From assembly GCA_009602735.1 (NCBI GenBank), contig WELA01002751.1, forward strand, positions 64,447-128,446: a stretch of 64,000 bases of DNA, written 5' to 3'. The notes under the pieces are model-generated. The model was not told the DNA's origin and did no database searches. It worked only from the letters and a program-made list of their open reading frames with translations. Of this stretch, positions 14,181 to 26,715 are shown one piece after another. Each line of letters begins with the position of its first letter. Within the stretch, counting starts at the first letter, position 1. The translations under genes and the position numbers were made by a program. The DNA is from Mesotaenium endlicherianum (lineage: Eukaryota).

Positions 14181-16192
14181 GTGGTAGGATATAGCACCCT
14201 GTGGAGCCTGTGGAAGGCTTTGACCCAAGCGAGAGTCCACGTAGAAAAAAGACTCCTGATTTGCCTGACAACTCGTGGAGAGAGCAAACATTTGAAGACG
14301 AGCCTCAACAGATCTCCACAAATGGTGAGAATTCGTATAGCGAGCGACTCTTTGAATGCTTGGGTAAGAGTCAGTGAATGCTGGTCACCTGTTGAGATGG
14401 TTGGTGATGAAAGGGATGAGATTCCCAAGTTCAAGTTGTCTACAAAGTGTTTTAGTGGACGAACAGGCGATAAAGGTCACTCATTCGAAGACTTCGATGA
14501 AATCTATTGGGCAAATTTCTTTAAAAAGATTCAAAAGGATGCTTCATACATGCAGTCTGTTGCATTCATAAGCCTGGTTCAGTACTTGGACAAGGATGCC
14601 TTACTAGTCTATCATGAATTTCGGAAGGACGAAGGCCTTCTCCAGGAATAGGCATTTAGAGAGCAAAAGAAGGCAAGAGATTTAATAATCCAGAAAGAGA
14701 CTGCTAATGCCAGCATGACGCTTTGCCTCCAGGAAGAGCAGTGCCTTCTGAACCTGTTGAGAGCGTAAACATAGCTGCGTTAACACAAGAACAAGCCTTG
14801 CAGCAAATACCTGATGGCCAGCGAAGGGCCGCTGCTCTGAACGATGAGGCTGGATTTGTGAGAGAATTGCGAAAATCGTGTGCAGACTTGTCTGAAAAAA
14901 TTGCAAATGCTCAAGAGCTGACTCGCAGAGCATCATTTAGTGGTAAGAATGACGACAGTGCCACCTCTAAAGCCAGTCATGCAAAAGCATTGGCCGGTTG
15001 CCGTAAGGACATTAGTGCTGGTGATGACCAGCTTGATTTTCAGCATTACCTGCGTCGTTTCTTCAAGTTGCTGGACGAACGCCTCCTTGAAAATTACAAT
15101 CTCAAAGTGCACCGCTATGTGCATTTTGTTCATCAGAAAAACAAAACTGTCATGAAAGTCAAGTCTTGATTAGTGAATCTTGCTAAAGAAGCAGGAATAA
15201 ACGAGCCCTAGACTGTGCCTGACAAATTTTTGTTGTGCTTGGGCAAGAAAACAGATCGTGAAGTCAAGTCACACCTGTCTGCAAAGCGCGGGATTGGCTG
15301 GAATATTGACGCGGTTGTTGAAATAGCACGCAACGTCAAAGAAGATTAACTTTGGTATGAAGAGGCCTCCAGGACGCTTATGGCTCCTGAGAAGATGAAG
15401 GAATCCTTCCCGCCTAAGGCCTCTAGCTCTAATTTTCAGTTTAAGAAGAAGAGCAAGTCTTTTAGCACGTTTGCAAAGCATGCCAACACTGCTGAAACAG
15501 CAGAAGGATGTTGGAATTGCGAGAAATCGGGATATCAGACGAGAAATTGTCCTTATCCTAATGCTAAGCAACTGTCTGCTAGCAAGGCACGGATATATGC
15601 ACATTGCAGCAAGAAGGGACACTCAGAAGATGAATTGTGGTCTAAGAATCCAAAGCTGAAGCTTCATTGGGCTAGTACTGCCATGCAAGAGATAGATAAG
15701 GGGTAAAAGAAAAAAAAAAGATAACTCTGGTCGCCGGAAGGGTGACCAGAAGTATGACGCTATGAGCACAGAAACTGCTGAACTCAAAGCTCAATTTGCA
15801 AAATTAAACACGTCGAACGTGTATTATGATGCAGATGTGGCTAGGAAAATTGTATACGAAGGCGCAAAGGCAGTACCTGAGAAGGCCATAGCCGCAGCAG
15901 CCAGCAAGCGGGCAGATCATGACTAATGCTGGAAAGTTTTCTCATGCTTTTTGGATTACTTTGGACGAGGACGAGATCGCGGACGAGATTGCTCATTTGC
16001 ACCGGACAAACAGGCACGCGCAAGCAACTCAGCTTTTTGCAAGAGAAGTTGAGAGCTCTGGTGAAAAATCGGATACAGCATGTTATGTTGTTGTCACTTG
16101 CCGACCTTAACCTCACCTTCCCTTTCACGGTTGAAGAAGCCAAGAAGCAGCTTGATACAGCTGAGAAAGGTGCAAACAGCCTCACTACCGAT
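14181..16192 (+). pseudogene. Degenerate gag-like retroelement region with zinc knuckles
   Basis: Consecutive broken ORFs (14181-14651, 14723-15169, 15380-15706, 15926-16222). They include CCHC-like knuckles CWNCEKSGYQTRNC and xxHCSKKGHSEDELW. Many stops; no pol domains recognised. Confidence 0.45.
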
Positions 16193-16197
16193 CAATT

Positions 16198-16664
16198 TGT
16201 AGCGATACGAACGAAAAGGTAACTTGAGGTACTTGGATCGCACGTCGATTGTACTTACACAATTCAAACCGACACTTCTATCGCTCCACGCAACGTGTCG
16301 CACGCGTCGCATCCGGCCACGCGGCGGATCGTTACACTCCTCCCACCTACAAGTGTGCAGTTCCCGGGCACTCATGCTCCGGCACCCGTGAAGGACATTG
16401 TTTCGAGATAGTATTCTTTCTTCGCACAATCCAAAGATCGCAAAACTGTCGTACCATCAACAAGTTTCGCACCCCGCGGGATTCGAAACCTCGTCTTCTG
16501 GACACGGTTGCGTACGTTTGCGCTCCGATACCAATGTAGCGATACGAACAAAAAGGTAACTTGAGGTGATTGGATCGCGCGTCGGTTGTACTTATACAAT
16601 TCAAACCGACAGTTCTATCGCTTCATGCGACGTGCTGCATCCGGCCACGCGGCGGATCGTTACA
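16198..16664 (-). mobile_element. TRIM (terminal-repeat retrotransposon in miniature), 467 bp
   Basis: Direct repeats 16198-16336 and 16535-16664 with TGTA...TACA ends. 5-bp TSD CAATT at 16193-16197 and 16665-16669. On the minus strand: PBS TGGTATCGGAGC (tRNA-iMet type, 16522-16533) and PPT AGGTGGGAGGAG (16337-16348). Internal region ~200 bp, non-coding. Confidence 0.92.
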
Positions 16665-16689
16665 CAATTTAGCTCTCTAAAAGTGGAGT

Positions 16690-18010
16690 TCTCTTAACTT
16701 ACCATCGCAGTTGAACACTTTCACCATCTTCTCCCCCATAGGGGTGACAACCATGAATTTGATGATAGGCTGGCTGGTAATGTCAGTCCAGTCGTCGAAG
16801 CAGATTGTACAACCTGTTAATTTTCAGCCTTTCATGAAATGACGAAGTTCAATGTCACAGCAGGCGACTTCATGATCCAAGAGCTTCGTTCGCAGCTGGT
16901 GCATTTTGGGTCCCAAGTAGTTAGGACTAGCTCGGACGATAGAGTCTACCATGAGATTGTAAGAAGCACAGTTTGCAGCATTGAAGGATATACCACTCGC
17001 AAAGAACCACTTTGCAATGGCCTGGCCAGCCACGTCACAAAAAGCTGGTCTTCAGACTTCAGTAAGATCGGATTGCCTACTAGAATCGCCACCTGAACCT
17101 CCAGTTGAAGGGGAGTCTCGAGGGGTGCCATGCCTCAAGATCTCTTGCTCTAGAGCTAGAGCATCTATAATCTTTATATGCCGAGCACGTTTTTGCAAGA
17201 GTTTCATTTGGGCTTGATGTACCTTGTGTACCTCAGACATATCATCTACCTAGCATCGGTCATTGAAATAGTGTAGTGAAATAGATAGATAAAGTACTTA
17301 GTGAAATATAATCAAGACAAGGATCTTTAAACACAAGTGGTAGCTTCTTGAAAGAGAGATGGCTTCTTGAAAGTTAATATATTTTTGGAATTTGGCAAGT
17401 ACAAGAGTGATTTTGGAATGTTTTTCTATGTTTTAGCTCTTGTTTACATACTTGCTACATAAGTAAGTTCTAGGAAGGTGCATGTTGATGTGTTGGCACC
17501 CAACACATCCAAAACCTGCCACCTTTTTCTAGAGTAATGTACACGTCTTTTTGACCTAAAAATGGCACGTTTGACTTTTGCCACATGGAGTTTTTCTATG
17601 TCCTTCCTCTAACTTCAAAAATGCCTTAGAAGGTTCAAAGGACATGAATCAAGTTACTAGAGTATCTATTCACACTTGACTCCACACAATACTACGCCAA
17701 ATATATTCAAAAGCATTAAAATATATGCAAACTAATATATTATAACTCAAATCACTACACATAAGCTTGAACAGCAAGAGGTACCTTGACACGGCCTTAA
17801 TTTCCAGAACCTGGAACATATGCCAAGTAATAGCAAATTCTGAATGCACCTCCAATATTCTTGCGCTCGTAGTATTTGCAATTGTATATGACTTGGTCAG
17901 GAAAGTTCTCTTCGTCTACCTTGTCCACATGATCATGTTCGGAAGTTGATATCTCGTCAGCCTTCCGCTTTCCTTTCTTGAAAGCTGTCAGTCGGGTAGA
18001 TGTGGCAGGG
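16690..18010 (-). pseudogene. hAT-superfamily transposase relic (BED zinc finger plus DUF659-like domain), interrupted by a solo LTR
   Basis: Minus-strand translation near 17780-17900 gives YNCKYYERKNIGGAFRICYYLAYVPG (BED-finger-like). 17033-16690 gives AIAKWFFASGISFNAANCASYNLMV...PKMHQLRTKLLD...GCTICFDDWTDITSQPIIKFMVVTP (hAT DUF659 pattern). In-frame stops present. Confidence 0.75.
17272..17759 (-). repeat. Solo LTR, gypsy family A
   Basis: Reverse-complement match to the LTRs at 18688-19188 and 37673-38173, with TGTA...TACA ends. Flanks AATAG/CATAA are not a clean TSD. Confidence 0.88.
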
Positions 18011-18024
18011 GTGAGAAGCTCGAA

Positions 18025-18687
18025 TCATCTTTGGATTGTGGAAAGAGACATTAAGGACTGGGCGATCCTTGCATTGTCTGACATGTTCAGTTTGTAAGCA
18101 TTATGACCGACACGGCGCACCACCGAATATGGACCGACCCAAACTAGACCAAGCTTATTCTTGACCACACCAGGCAGGTACAAGTGTTGAGAATGCAATT
18201 CGACCAAAGCGCCCGTAGAAAATGTCAGTCCTTGACGGTGTTGATGCGCATGTTTTTGTTGATTTTCTTGGGCTTTGTCCAGATTCTGTTGGACTTCTAA
18301 CAGAGTGTCAGCAAACTCCTGAATTAATTGGAGAGGCACCGGGTTGTCAATTCCCTCAAGATGAGTTAAAGACTCCCCTAGCACATTTGAAGGAGACTTG
18401 GGGACTCTACCCAGACTGAGTTCAAATGAAGTCTTTCCCGTTGACGCATGCACCGCGCTATTGACCGCAAATTGAATTTGAGACAACAGGTCATCCCAAT
18501 TATCTTGTTTTTTAATTATATATGCTCTCAGCACCTCTTACAAAACTCGCTTAGTTCTCTCAGTCTCCCCATCAGTATGAGGGTGGTTTGATGTGCTGAG
18601 CAAGTGTTTGACTCCCATTAACCCCATTAACGCTATCCAAAATTTAGAGCTGAATTTTGAGTCTCTGTCTGATATGATATTGGAGGG
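18025..18687 (-). pseudogene. Integrase C-terminal fragment of an old family-C gypsy element (host of the nest)
   Basis: [41 protein letters not shown]...WVGPYSVVRRVGHNAYKL is near-identical to family-C pol at 29990-30640. It continues seamlessly at 38179 on the other side of element A. Confidence 0.88.
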
Positions 18688-19225
18688 TGTAGTGATTCGA
18701 GTTATACTATATTAGTTTGCATATATGTTAATGTTTTTGAATATATTTGGAGTAGTATTGTGTGGAGTCAAGTGTGAATAGATACTCTAGTGACTTGGTT
18801 CATGTCCTTTGAACCTTCTAAGGCATTTTCAAAGTTAGAGGAAGGACCTAGAAGAACTCCATGTGGCAAAAGTCAAATGTGCCATTTTTAGGTTAAAAGG
18901 ACATATATACATTATTCTAGAAAGAGGTGGCAAGTTTTGGGATGTGTTGGGTGCCAACACATCAACATGCACCTTCCTAGAAATTACTTATGTAGCAAGT
19001 ATGTAAACAAGAGCTAGAACATAGAAAGGCATTCCAGAATCACTTGTACTTGCCAAAATCCAGAAATATATTAACTTTCAAGAAGCCATCTCTCTTTCAA
19101 GAAGCTACCACTTGTGTTCAAAGATCCTTGTCTTGAATAGATAAAGTATTATAATTTACTAAGTACTTTATCTATCTGTTTCATTACAGTGGTGTCGGAG
19201 CTAGGCACTTTGGTAGCACAAGAAG

Positions 19226-20431
19226 ATGGCCGATCCTCAAGACCAACAGCAAGCTTTTGAAGGAAGCACTTCATCTTCAAGAGACCCTCCTCCAGCGCCG
19301 ATGGGAGAGTCCACTCAAGAGAATCTGCAACAACAAGAAGCACCACAAGGAGGAGCACCGTCAAATCCCGTGGCAGCCGCTATAGCAAAGTTGACCCCAC
19401 CACAAGGAGTTCCCGCAAATGAGTGGGCAGCCTTCCTAATGACCGTCCACAACCAAGTGGGTTTGGCCACCTATGAAGCAACCGTGCAAGCGTCAAGACA
19501 AGTTATGGTTGCCATGGTTGCCCCTATTGCGAGCAACGCTCAAAATCCAGCCCCGGCTCAAGCGCCTCCACAAGAACCTACAAGAGCGAGAAAACTCATC
19601 AAGCCCGGCAAACCAGACACTTTCAATCCTAGGAGAGGAGCCAAATTGAATCTGTGGCTCTACCAAGTGGAGACGTACCTCACATTCCTTGAAGTACCCG
19701 AGGAGGACTACGTCCCTTTTGCCGTTACCTTGCTCAAAGGAGCAGCAACATCATGGTGGCGTAACTATCAAGCGGCTGTATATCAAGCTGTGGCGCATCC
19801 CGTACCCGGCCAAGAGCCCCCACCATCATATGCAAGATGGGTGGATTTTCGTGAAGCCCTCCAGAAGCAATTCATGCCCATCAATGTGGAGAAAATTGCT
19901 CGAGAAAAGCTTCGCCATCTCAAGCAAACAACGTCCCTTCAAGAATATACATCCAGATTTCATGACCTCACTCTTGAGATCCCCAACATGTCGCTCGAGG
20001 AGAAGATTGATCGTTATGTGTTTGGCATCAAGCCCAAGGTGGCAAAGGAAGTGGAATTGCGTGACTAGACGGACTTTTCAAAGATTATTGAAGTGGCTCA
20101 AAAGGTGGATACCTTGGATTTCAAGCACTTCGTACCTTCATCTTCACGGGCACCGGCGACGCGAGTGTACGCAGCCCCTTCCACATCTGAATCTGGACCC
20201 ACACCCATGGAAATTGAAGTTATTAAAAGGGACCCCACGGCTGCCCGGAAGAGTGGAAGACCCTCCAATGACACTTATGATGCAAGAAACCAGCAAGGAG
20301 TGAAAGCAAGACTCTCCCCGGCTGAAAAAGAAGCTCTCATGACGACTGGACTATGCTTCTATTGCAAGGAAAAGGGCCATCGTGCACTTTCATGCCCCAA
20401 AAAGTTGTCAAAAAACGGACAGCGCCGGTAG
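19226..20431 (+). pseudogene. gag: Family A gag (premature TAG at 20066-20068)
   Basis: Retrotrans_gag motifs (KPDTF, LLKGAATSWW, LKQTTSLQEY), the PTPMEI motif and a CCHC knuckle CFYCKEKGHRALSC. ORFs 19226-20068 and 20093-20431 are in the same frame. Confidence 0.9.
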
Positions 20432-22054
20432 GCCAGGAGCCTACCACCCCAAGACCCACTTCACGAGAAGGCAACACGCCAAGTGAGGTGGAGACCCCCG
20501 TTGAAGACGACGTTCCAGCCCCAATGAGTTTGAGAGGTTACCTTGGAGGAGAGAAGGTCCACATCTTGGTGGATAGCGGAGCTCAAGGCAACTTCATTGC
20601 TGCAGATTTTGCCACCAAGCACGGTATTACTATGCGAACTCTTGACCACGACGAGGAGATTATGATGCCCGATGGATTCTCCTATACTACCCCTTCCAAG
20701 AAGACGTACCCCTTGGCACTCTCTATCAAGTCCTTCAAGGATAGAGTAGTGTTCTCCCCCATGCAATTGGGCAAGTACGACGTCATCCTAGGGACGCCTT
20801 GGTTGACCAAGCACAACCCCCAAGTTGATTGGAGGACCGGTACTATCAAGATCAAGAATGACATCACTTCAAGAATCTGTATTTTGCGCGCAATCCAGAA
20901 TATCCAGACCCAAGACATCCAGAAGCCGGCACACGAGATACTATTGTCCGCCCTCCAACTCAAGAGACTTGTGAGGAAGGGACACGAGCTTCTTTTGGCC
21001 TTGATCACGCCAAAAGACATCAAGAAAGACATCGAGAGTCAAGAAGGCAGCCCCGTTCCCAAGGAGATACAAGAAGTCTTTGAGGACTACAAAGAAGTGT
21101 TCTCCCCGGAATTGCCCAAGGGCCTACCCCCCAAAAGATTCGTAGACCACAAGATAGAGTTGGAGCCCGGAAGCAAGCCCATCTCTCGGCCTACGTTCAA
21201 AATGTCATACACGGAGCTAGACGAAGTCAAGAAGCAAACCAAGGAGCTACTGAGCATGGCTTCATTCGACCTAGCAAGTCGCCATTTGGAGCCCCGGTGC
21301 TATCAAGAAGAAAGATGGTACCTTGAGGATGTGTGTGGACTATCGCGCCCTCAACAAGATCACCATCAAGAATCGATACCCGCTGCCGCGCATGGATGAG
21401 CTCATGGACCGGCTGGTTGGAGCCAAGTACTTCACGAAGATTGACTTACGGAGCGGCTACCACCAGATTCGCATCGCAGAACCGGACATAGAGAAGACGG
21501 CATCCAGGACAATATATGGACATTTTGAGTTCATGGTCCTGCCATTTGGACTCACCAACGCGCCAGCAACTTTCATGACTATGATGAACACCATATTACA
21601 GCCTATGTTGGACAGATTTGTGGAGGCATTCATCGATGACATCCTTATCTAAAGCAAGACCCTTGAAGAGCATGCGAGACACTTGAAAGAAGTCCTCGAA
21701 GTATTGAAGCAAAACAAGCTATTTGCTAAGGAGTCAAAGTGCGAGTTTGCCAAACAAGAAGTGAAGTTCCTAGGTCTCCACGTGACTGCTGGTGGCATCA
21801 AGATGGACCTTAAGAAGACCACGGTGGGGGAGGAATGGCCAACCCCCACAACCAAGAAAGAGCTCCAATCATTCTTGGGATTTGCCAATTGGTACAGGAG
21901 ATTCATCCAGAGCTTCTCGCACAGCGCAGCCCCTCTCACGGAGCTACTGAAGAAAGACAAGCCATATGTTTGGACCAAGAAAGAGGAGAAAGCATTCCAA
22001 CAGCTGAAGCAAAGATTGACGACATCCCCGGTACTCACACTCCCAAGTCCAAAT
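20411..22054 (+). pseudogene. pol: Family A pol, 5' part (protease, reverse transcriptase), disrupted
   Basis: Protease LVDSGA; RT motifs [34 protein letters not shown] and FIDDILI. Contains a frameshift and a stop. Continues at 26716-26863 and 35747-36906. Confidence 0.9.
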
Positions 22055-25000
22055 TGTAAGGGTATGAAAGTGTAGTTTGTATCTTTCTAGCATTTTATAT
22101 GCATAGAGTGTGATTTTAAAAGAATTTTGGCCTTTATTTCAAGTCATTTGGACAAGTATTGAGAAACTTATGATTTTTGGAAGTTTTTAGTGAGTTTTTA
22201 GTGTCACAGATTCAATTTAGTGACAAGGACAGGTCCAGCAACGAAAATTTCGGTTGGAGTCCAAAAAGTAGGACATTGAATCATGAGGGTTCCAAAATCT
22301 ACGTACGATTACGTAGAGTGCCAAAGTGATCATGGAATATCTAGAAACTCAGTGAGGAGTTAGTGGATTGTGTAGTAGAACATTCTAGAGTGTGATTGTG
22401 TGCGTGTGAGTGTGCTAGCTTGTCCAACTAGGCAAGGTCACCTACATGGAAGGAGCCATAGTAGAAGGTTCTGGAGGTACTTTGCTAGAGAGGACACTCA
22501 GAGTTGAAGCATAAAAGAGGGGGTCTTGTCTTGTCTAGTCTAATCTAGTCTAACCTTCTTAACTTGTACACGACTTTTCTTAAGAAAGTGAGTTCTTTTC
22601 CACTCCTCTCTCATGTAGCCCTCTCTCTCTTGCAAGGGTGGCACACCACCAGGCCACTCCACCTTGTGTATGCAACTAGGAAAGGTCCTTGTGCACGCTT
22701 CCACTCGCGGGTGAGGGTGCGTGAGTGTGTGTGGGCGCACTCCCCGCACCCTGTCCCCTTTCACATGGTATCGGAGCTACCTAGTTGCTTCATTTGAAGG
22801 AGGAGCTTTGGTCGGTGATGCTTGTAGGAGTGTAGAGAGGGTAGAGAGGAGAAGCAAGGAAAGTTGCTAAGGGCACCCATGAAGATGTTGATGCAAGCTA
22901 GCATCTCACTCTCTTGAAGGAGGGAGGAGATGGGAAGAGAGAGGTGCTGCAAGAAACGTTAACTTGGATGCAATCAGACTTTTGTACGTCTTCTTTGTAG
23001 TGTGAGGAGGTTGCCCAAGCATGGAAGTGATATGAGTAATACAGAGAAGCCTTTGCTCCAGTATGGAGACATATGAGCATGAAGAAAGTCTGGAGTTCAC
23101 ACGGCTGGATTTTTTCTTGAAGATGCAAGCTCTTTAGTGTTAAGCTCTTTCTTTGAGGGGGGGGGGCTTAGCATAGAGGTGTTGGTGGCTAGAAAGAGTA
23201 TGTGCCCATCTTTATTTTAAGTTATCAATGAAGGTGGAGAGGATAGTAAGAGTAGGCAACCGGGAACTTAGCAAGCATGTGTACTTGCAAGTCTAGGAGC
23301 TTTGGCGGGCATAGCACTCGCAAGCTCAAGAGGAGCTCATGAGAAGCTCAAGAAAGGGTGCACCTGGGTGTTGCACCAAGTTGGCCAAGTATGTGGCTAG
23401 ATTTGGGTTGCCTTGCATCACTCCTGTGTAGCCACTGGTTATTTGAGGCCAGCCATGATGGAGCTTGGTACCTTGTATGAAGATTGAAGAAGCCTCAAGT
23501 GAAGAGAAGCACCGTGGAGAAGGCTTGAAGCAAGAAGAAGTATTCCAGATTTTTCTTCAAAGAGGAGAGATGGAGATGGAGCCTTTCAAGTTCAGATTTC
23601 TCTTTTCTTATCAAGGAGAGTACTACAAAGTATATGGAGTTGAGAACTATGATGAAGACAAGCCTATGGTGTGGAAGAAGAAGCAAGGTATGAAGTTGGT
23701 GCAAGAGGGCTAGTGCAAGAGATGCCTCCCACTTGAAGTGCGTGTGCAACTAGTTGTGTGATGGCATAGTTAAGGGGCAGATTCTAATGCATCTATGGAA
23801 GCTCTTCATGTGAAAGTAGAGCACCAAGGCAAGCTGGGTTTAGTAGTAAGAAGTGTCATTGGGGTGACCAAGGCTAGAGTGCACTCAAGAAGCTAAGCAT
23901 GTGGAAGGAGTTGCACAAAGAGAGTAGCCTATCCTCTAGTGCTTTAGTGCACGGGTCAAGTGAAGACCAAGGAGGAGTATGGTCAAGTGAGGATAGTGAA
24001 ATAGGTGGAGGTAGATATGACCACAAGTAGCTATCTTCAGCCCGCTAGCAAAGAAGCGACGCGGGAAGGTGAAGGTGAAGGAGAAGCGCTTGTTTTGGTG
24101 ACCTTGGCCCGGTCATCACATGGAGCAAGCGCGCCTCCTAACAACCTTGGCGAGCGCGCATCGCCGGTGGAGCAAGTAGAGGTGTATGATCCCCTTGCTC
24201 ATTTATAGAGCAGACCCCAACTGCTCAAGTGGAGGAGCTCCTAGACAGTGAGCTCAAGAGAAGCCCGCTTGCAAGACGACTTGTGTGCGTGCACAAGATG
24301 AGGTGCAAGCACTAAGAGTATGTGCGTATGCTCAAGTTATGGAGCTCTTGGAGGCGTTCCAGATGTGTTTCTTAGAGCCTTGTGTGAAGGCTGACCTTCA
24401 AGAAGAGCCAGAGGTATGTGGGAGCAAGCAACTAGCCAAGAAGAAGACTATCATGGAATTTGGTGCACCACGAGCGAGACTACGCGCTCATGCCCTGTGA
24501 AGAATATTATCGTCGCTTGATGGAGACTACGACTTTATGGATATGGACCTATGAGGAGGAGACCAAGTGTTATGGGGCTGATATGTCCTACCTAAGATGG
24601 AGATATATTACAAGGACTTGGACATGAAGCTAGGAGAATCAGCGCTTATACAAGCAAGCAAGAGAGAGGCGTAAAATCTGGACTTGGACACTCGAGTGGT
24701 AAGCGCCTTACCTTCACGATGAGGGGGGGGAGTGTTATAGTTGTTTATAGTGCTTGTAAGTAAGGTCAAGCCAGTCCCATGAGTTCATTTGTACCTAAGA
24801 GATGTGAAGTGGAAAGAAGTTTGAGAGCAAGTGCTTGGAAGATACTCAAATCTGTCCATGTTTGAGGGTTTTACGGGTAGGCGAGCGCGAGGGTAAAAGT
24901 TGGCAGATTTTGGCTACTTTTTGCCTATTTAAGAAAGAGTGGGAAATAATTTTCCTAAAAGTCCTACATGAGGTGATAGACCTGGTATAAGGCCTGCCCT

Positions 25001-26715
25001 GAATCATAGTCAAGTTTCAGAATCAAGGGTTTAAGCATGTGCCAGTTGTAGGCGCGGGAGCTTGATACGTGTTGCCCGCGTGTGCGTCCTACGAGCGTGA
25101 GGCACAAAGTGACAATCTCGTTTGAGTGTTAAACTTAGATTAAGATTCTGAAATTTTATGGAGAGGTAGTCCTATGAGTTCAAATTCAGAAAAAGTTGTT
25201 TTTTCTATAAAAACATTAATTTAAGTTCTCACAGTGCCACATGGCAGTCTGCTGGACTGCCGTGCGAGCCACATGTGTGAGGCAAGGCGCAATCTGATTT
25301 CATGGTCTTAGGCTTGGAATCAGGAGAAACAAAGCATACCAGTGAGTTCAAAGGGGAGATAATATGTGGATTACACAACTTTCAGGCTAAAGATGTCAGC
25401 AAAAGTCAAGGGGGTGCCACTTGGCGTCTTGAGAGGTCACCACGAGTCACGCACACAAGTGAGAGAGTGCAATACCTCTACAAGGAGTATGGCTTAGAGC
25501 TAGAGGTAGCTAAGTGTACCAGAAGGTTCAGGAACTTAGTGGAGTCAGGTTCATGATGTAATCTGGTCAAAATTATAAGAGCACCACGAGTAAGCCACAT
25601 GGCGTAACGAGGAGTTGCCACTTGTCCAAGAGGGCGCAGATGGAGTATTTTGGCAATTTGGCGGACTATTATGCCTTGGATCCAGCTTTGGAGTATGTGG
25701 ACATGATGGAGGGAGTATCGTATAGCCTTCATGAAGATATTGGCCTATTCTAAGAAGGAGTTGAAATCAAAGATGTATTTGTGTAAGAAGACGCCATGTG
25801 TGGAGCTAACATATGCGATGGTGCTTTTACTACGTGGAGTAGTTTGGAGTATTGAGCATCATCTGGGAGCTTGTTCAAGACCTGCAACTTGTATAATATC
25901 TATGTATATGTGTTTGTCTAGCATAAATGTGAGCTCGATTCCTCATACGACGTCACTTATGCTTAGTATGCGTCGAGGACGTCGCATCTTGAGGAGGGGG
26001 ATGATGTAAGGTTATGAAAGTGTAGTTTGTATCTTTCTAGCATTTTATATGCATAGAGTGTGATTTTAGAAGAACTTTGGCCTCTATTTCAAGTCATTTG
26101 GACAAGTATTGAGAAACTTATGAATTTTGGAAGTTTTTAGTGAGTTTTTAGTGTCACAGATTCAATGTAGTGACAAGGACAGGTCCAGCGACGAAAATTT
26201 CGGTTGGAGTCCAGAAAGTAGGACATTGAATCATGAGGGTTCCAGAAACTACGTACGATTACGTAGAGTGCCAAAGTGATCGTGGAATATCTAGAAACTC
26301 AGTGAGAAGTTAGTGGATTGTGTAGTAGAACATTCTAGAGTGTGATTGTGTGCGTGTGAGTGTGCTAGCTTGTCCAACTAGGCAAGGTCACCTACATGGA
26401 AGGAGCCATAGTAGAAGGTTCTGGAGGTACTTTGCTCGAGAGGACACTCAGAGTTGAAGCATAAAAGAGGGGGTCTTGTCTTGTCTAGTCTAATCTAGTC
26501 TAACCTTCTTAACTTGTACACGACTTTTCTTAAGAAAGTGAGTTCTTTTCCACTCCTCTCTCATGTAGCCCTCTCTCTCTCTTGCAAGGGTGGCACACCA
26601 CCAGGCCACTCCACCTTGTGTATGCAACTAGGAAAGGTCCTTGTGCACGCTTCCACTCGCGGGTGAGGGTGCGTGAGTGTGTGTGGGCGCACTCCCCGCA
26701 CCCTTTCCCCTTTCA
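22055..26715 (+). mobile_element. Non-autonomous LTR retrotransposon (LARD-like), family B, inserted in family-A pol
   Basis: ~710-bp near-identical LTRs at 22055-22763 and 26005-26715 (TG...CA). PBS TGGTATCGGAGC at 22766-22777; PPT GAGGAGGGGGATGA before the 3' LTR; flanks CAAAT/CAAAC. The 3.2-kb interior has no intact gag/pol. Confidence 0.9.

Noticed and set aside
16690..18010. hAT relic as the autonomous partner of the Pack-hAT
   Set aside because: No CAGGGTTACG termini were found around it and it is heavily decayed, so there is no evidence of a link.
24715..24745. G-run followed by TGTTAT inside element B (similar run near 23155) as a nested copia end
   Set aside because: No matching second LTR, TSD or copia coding sequence could be identified.
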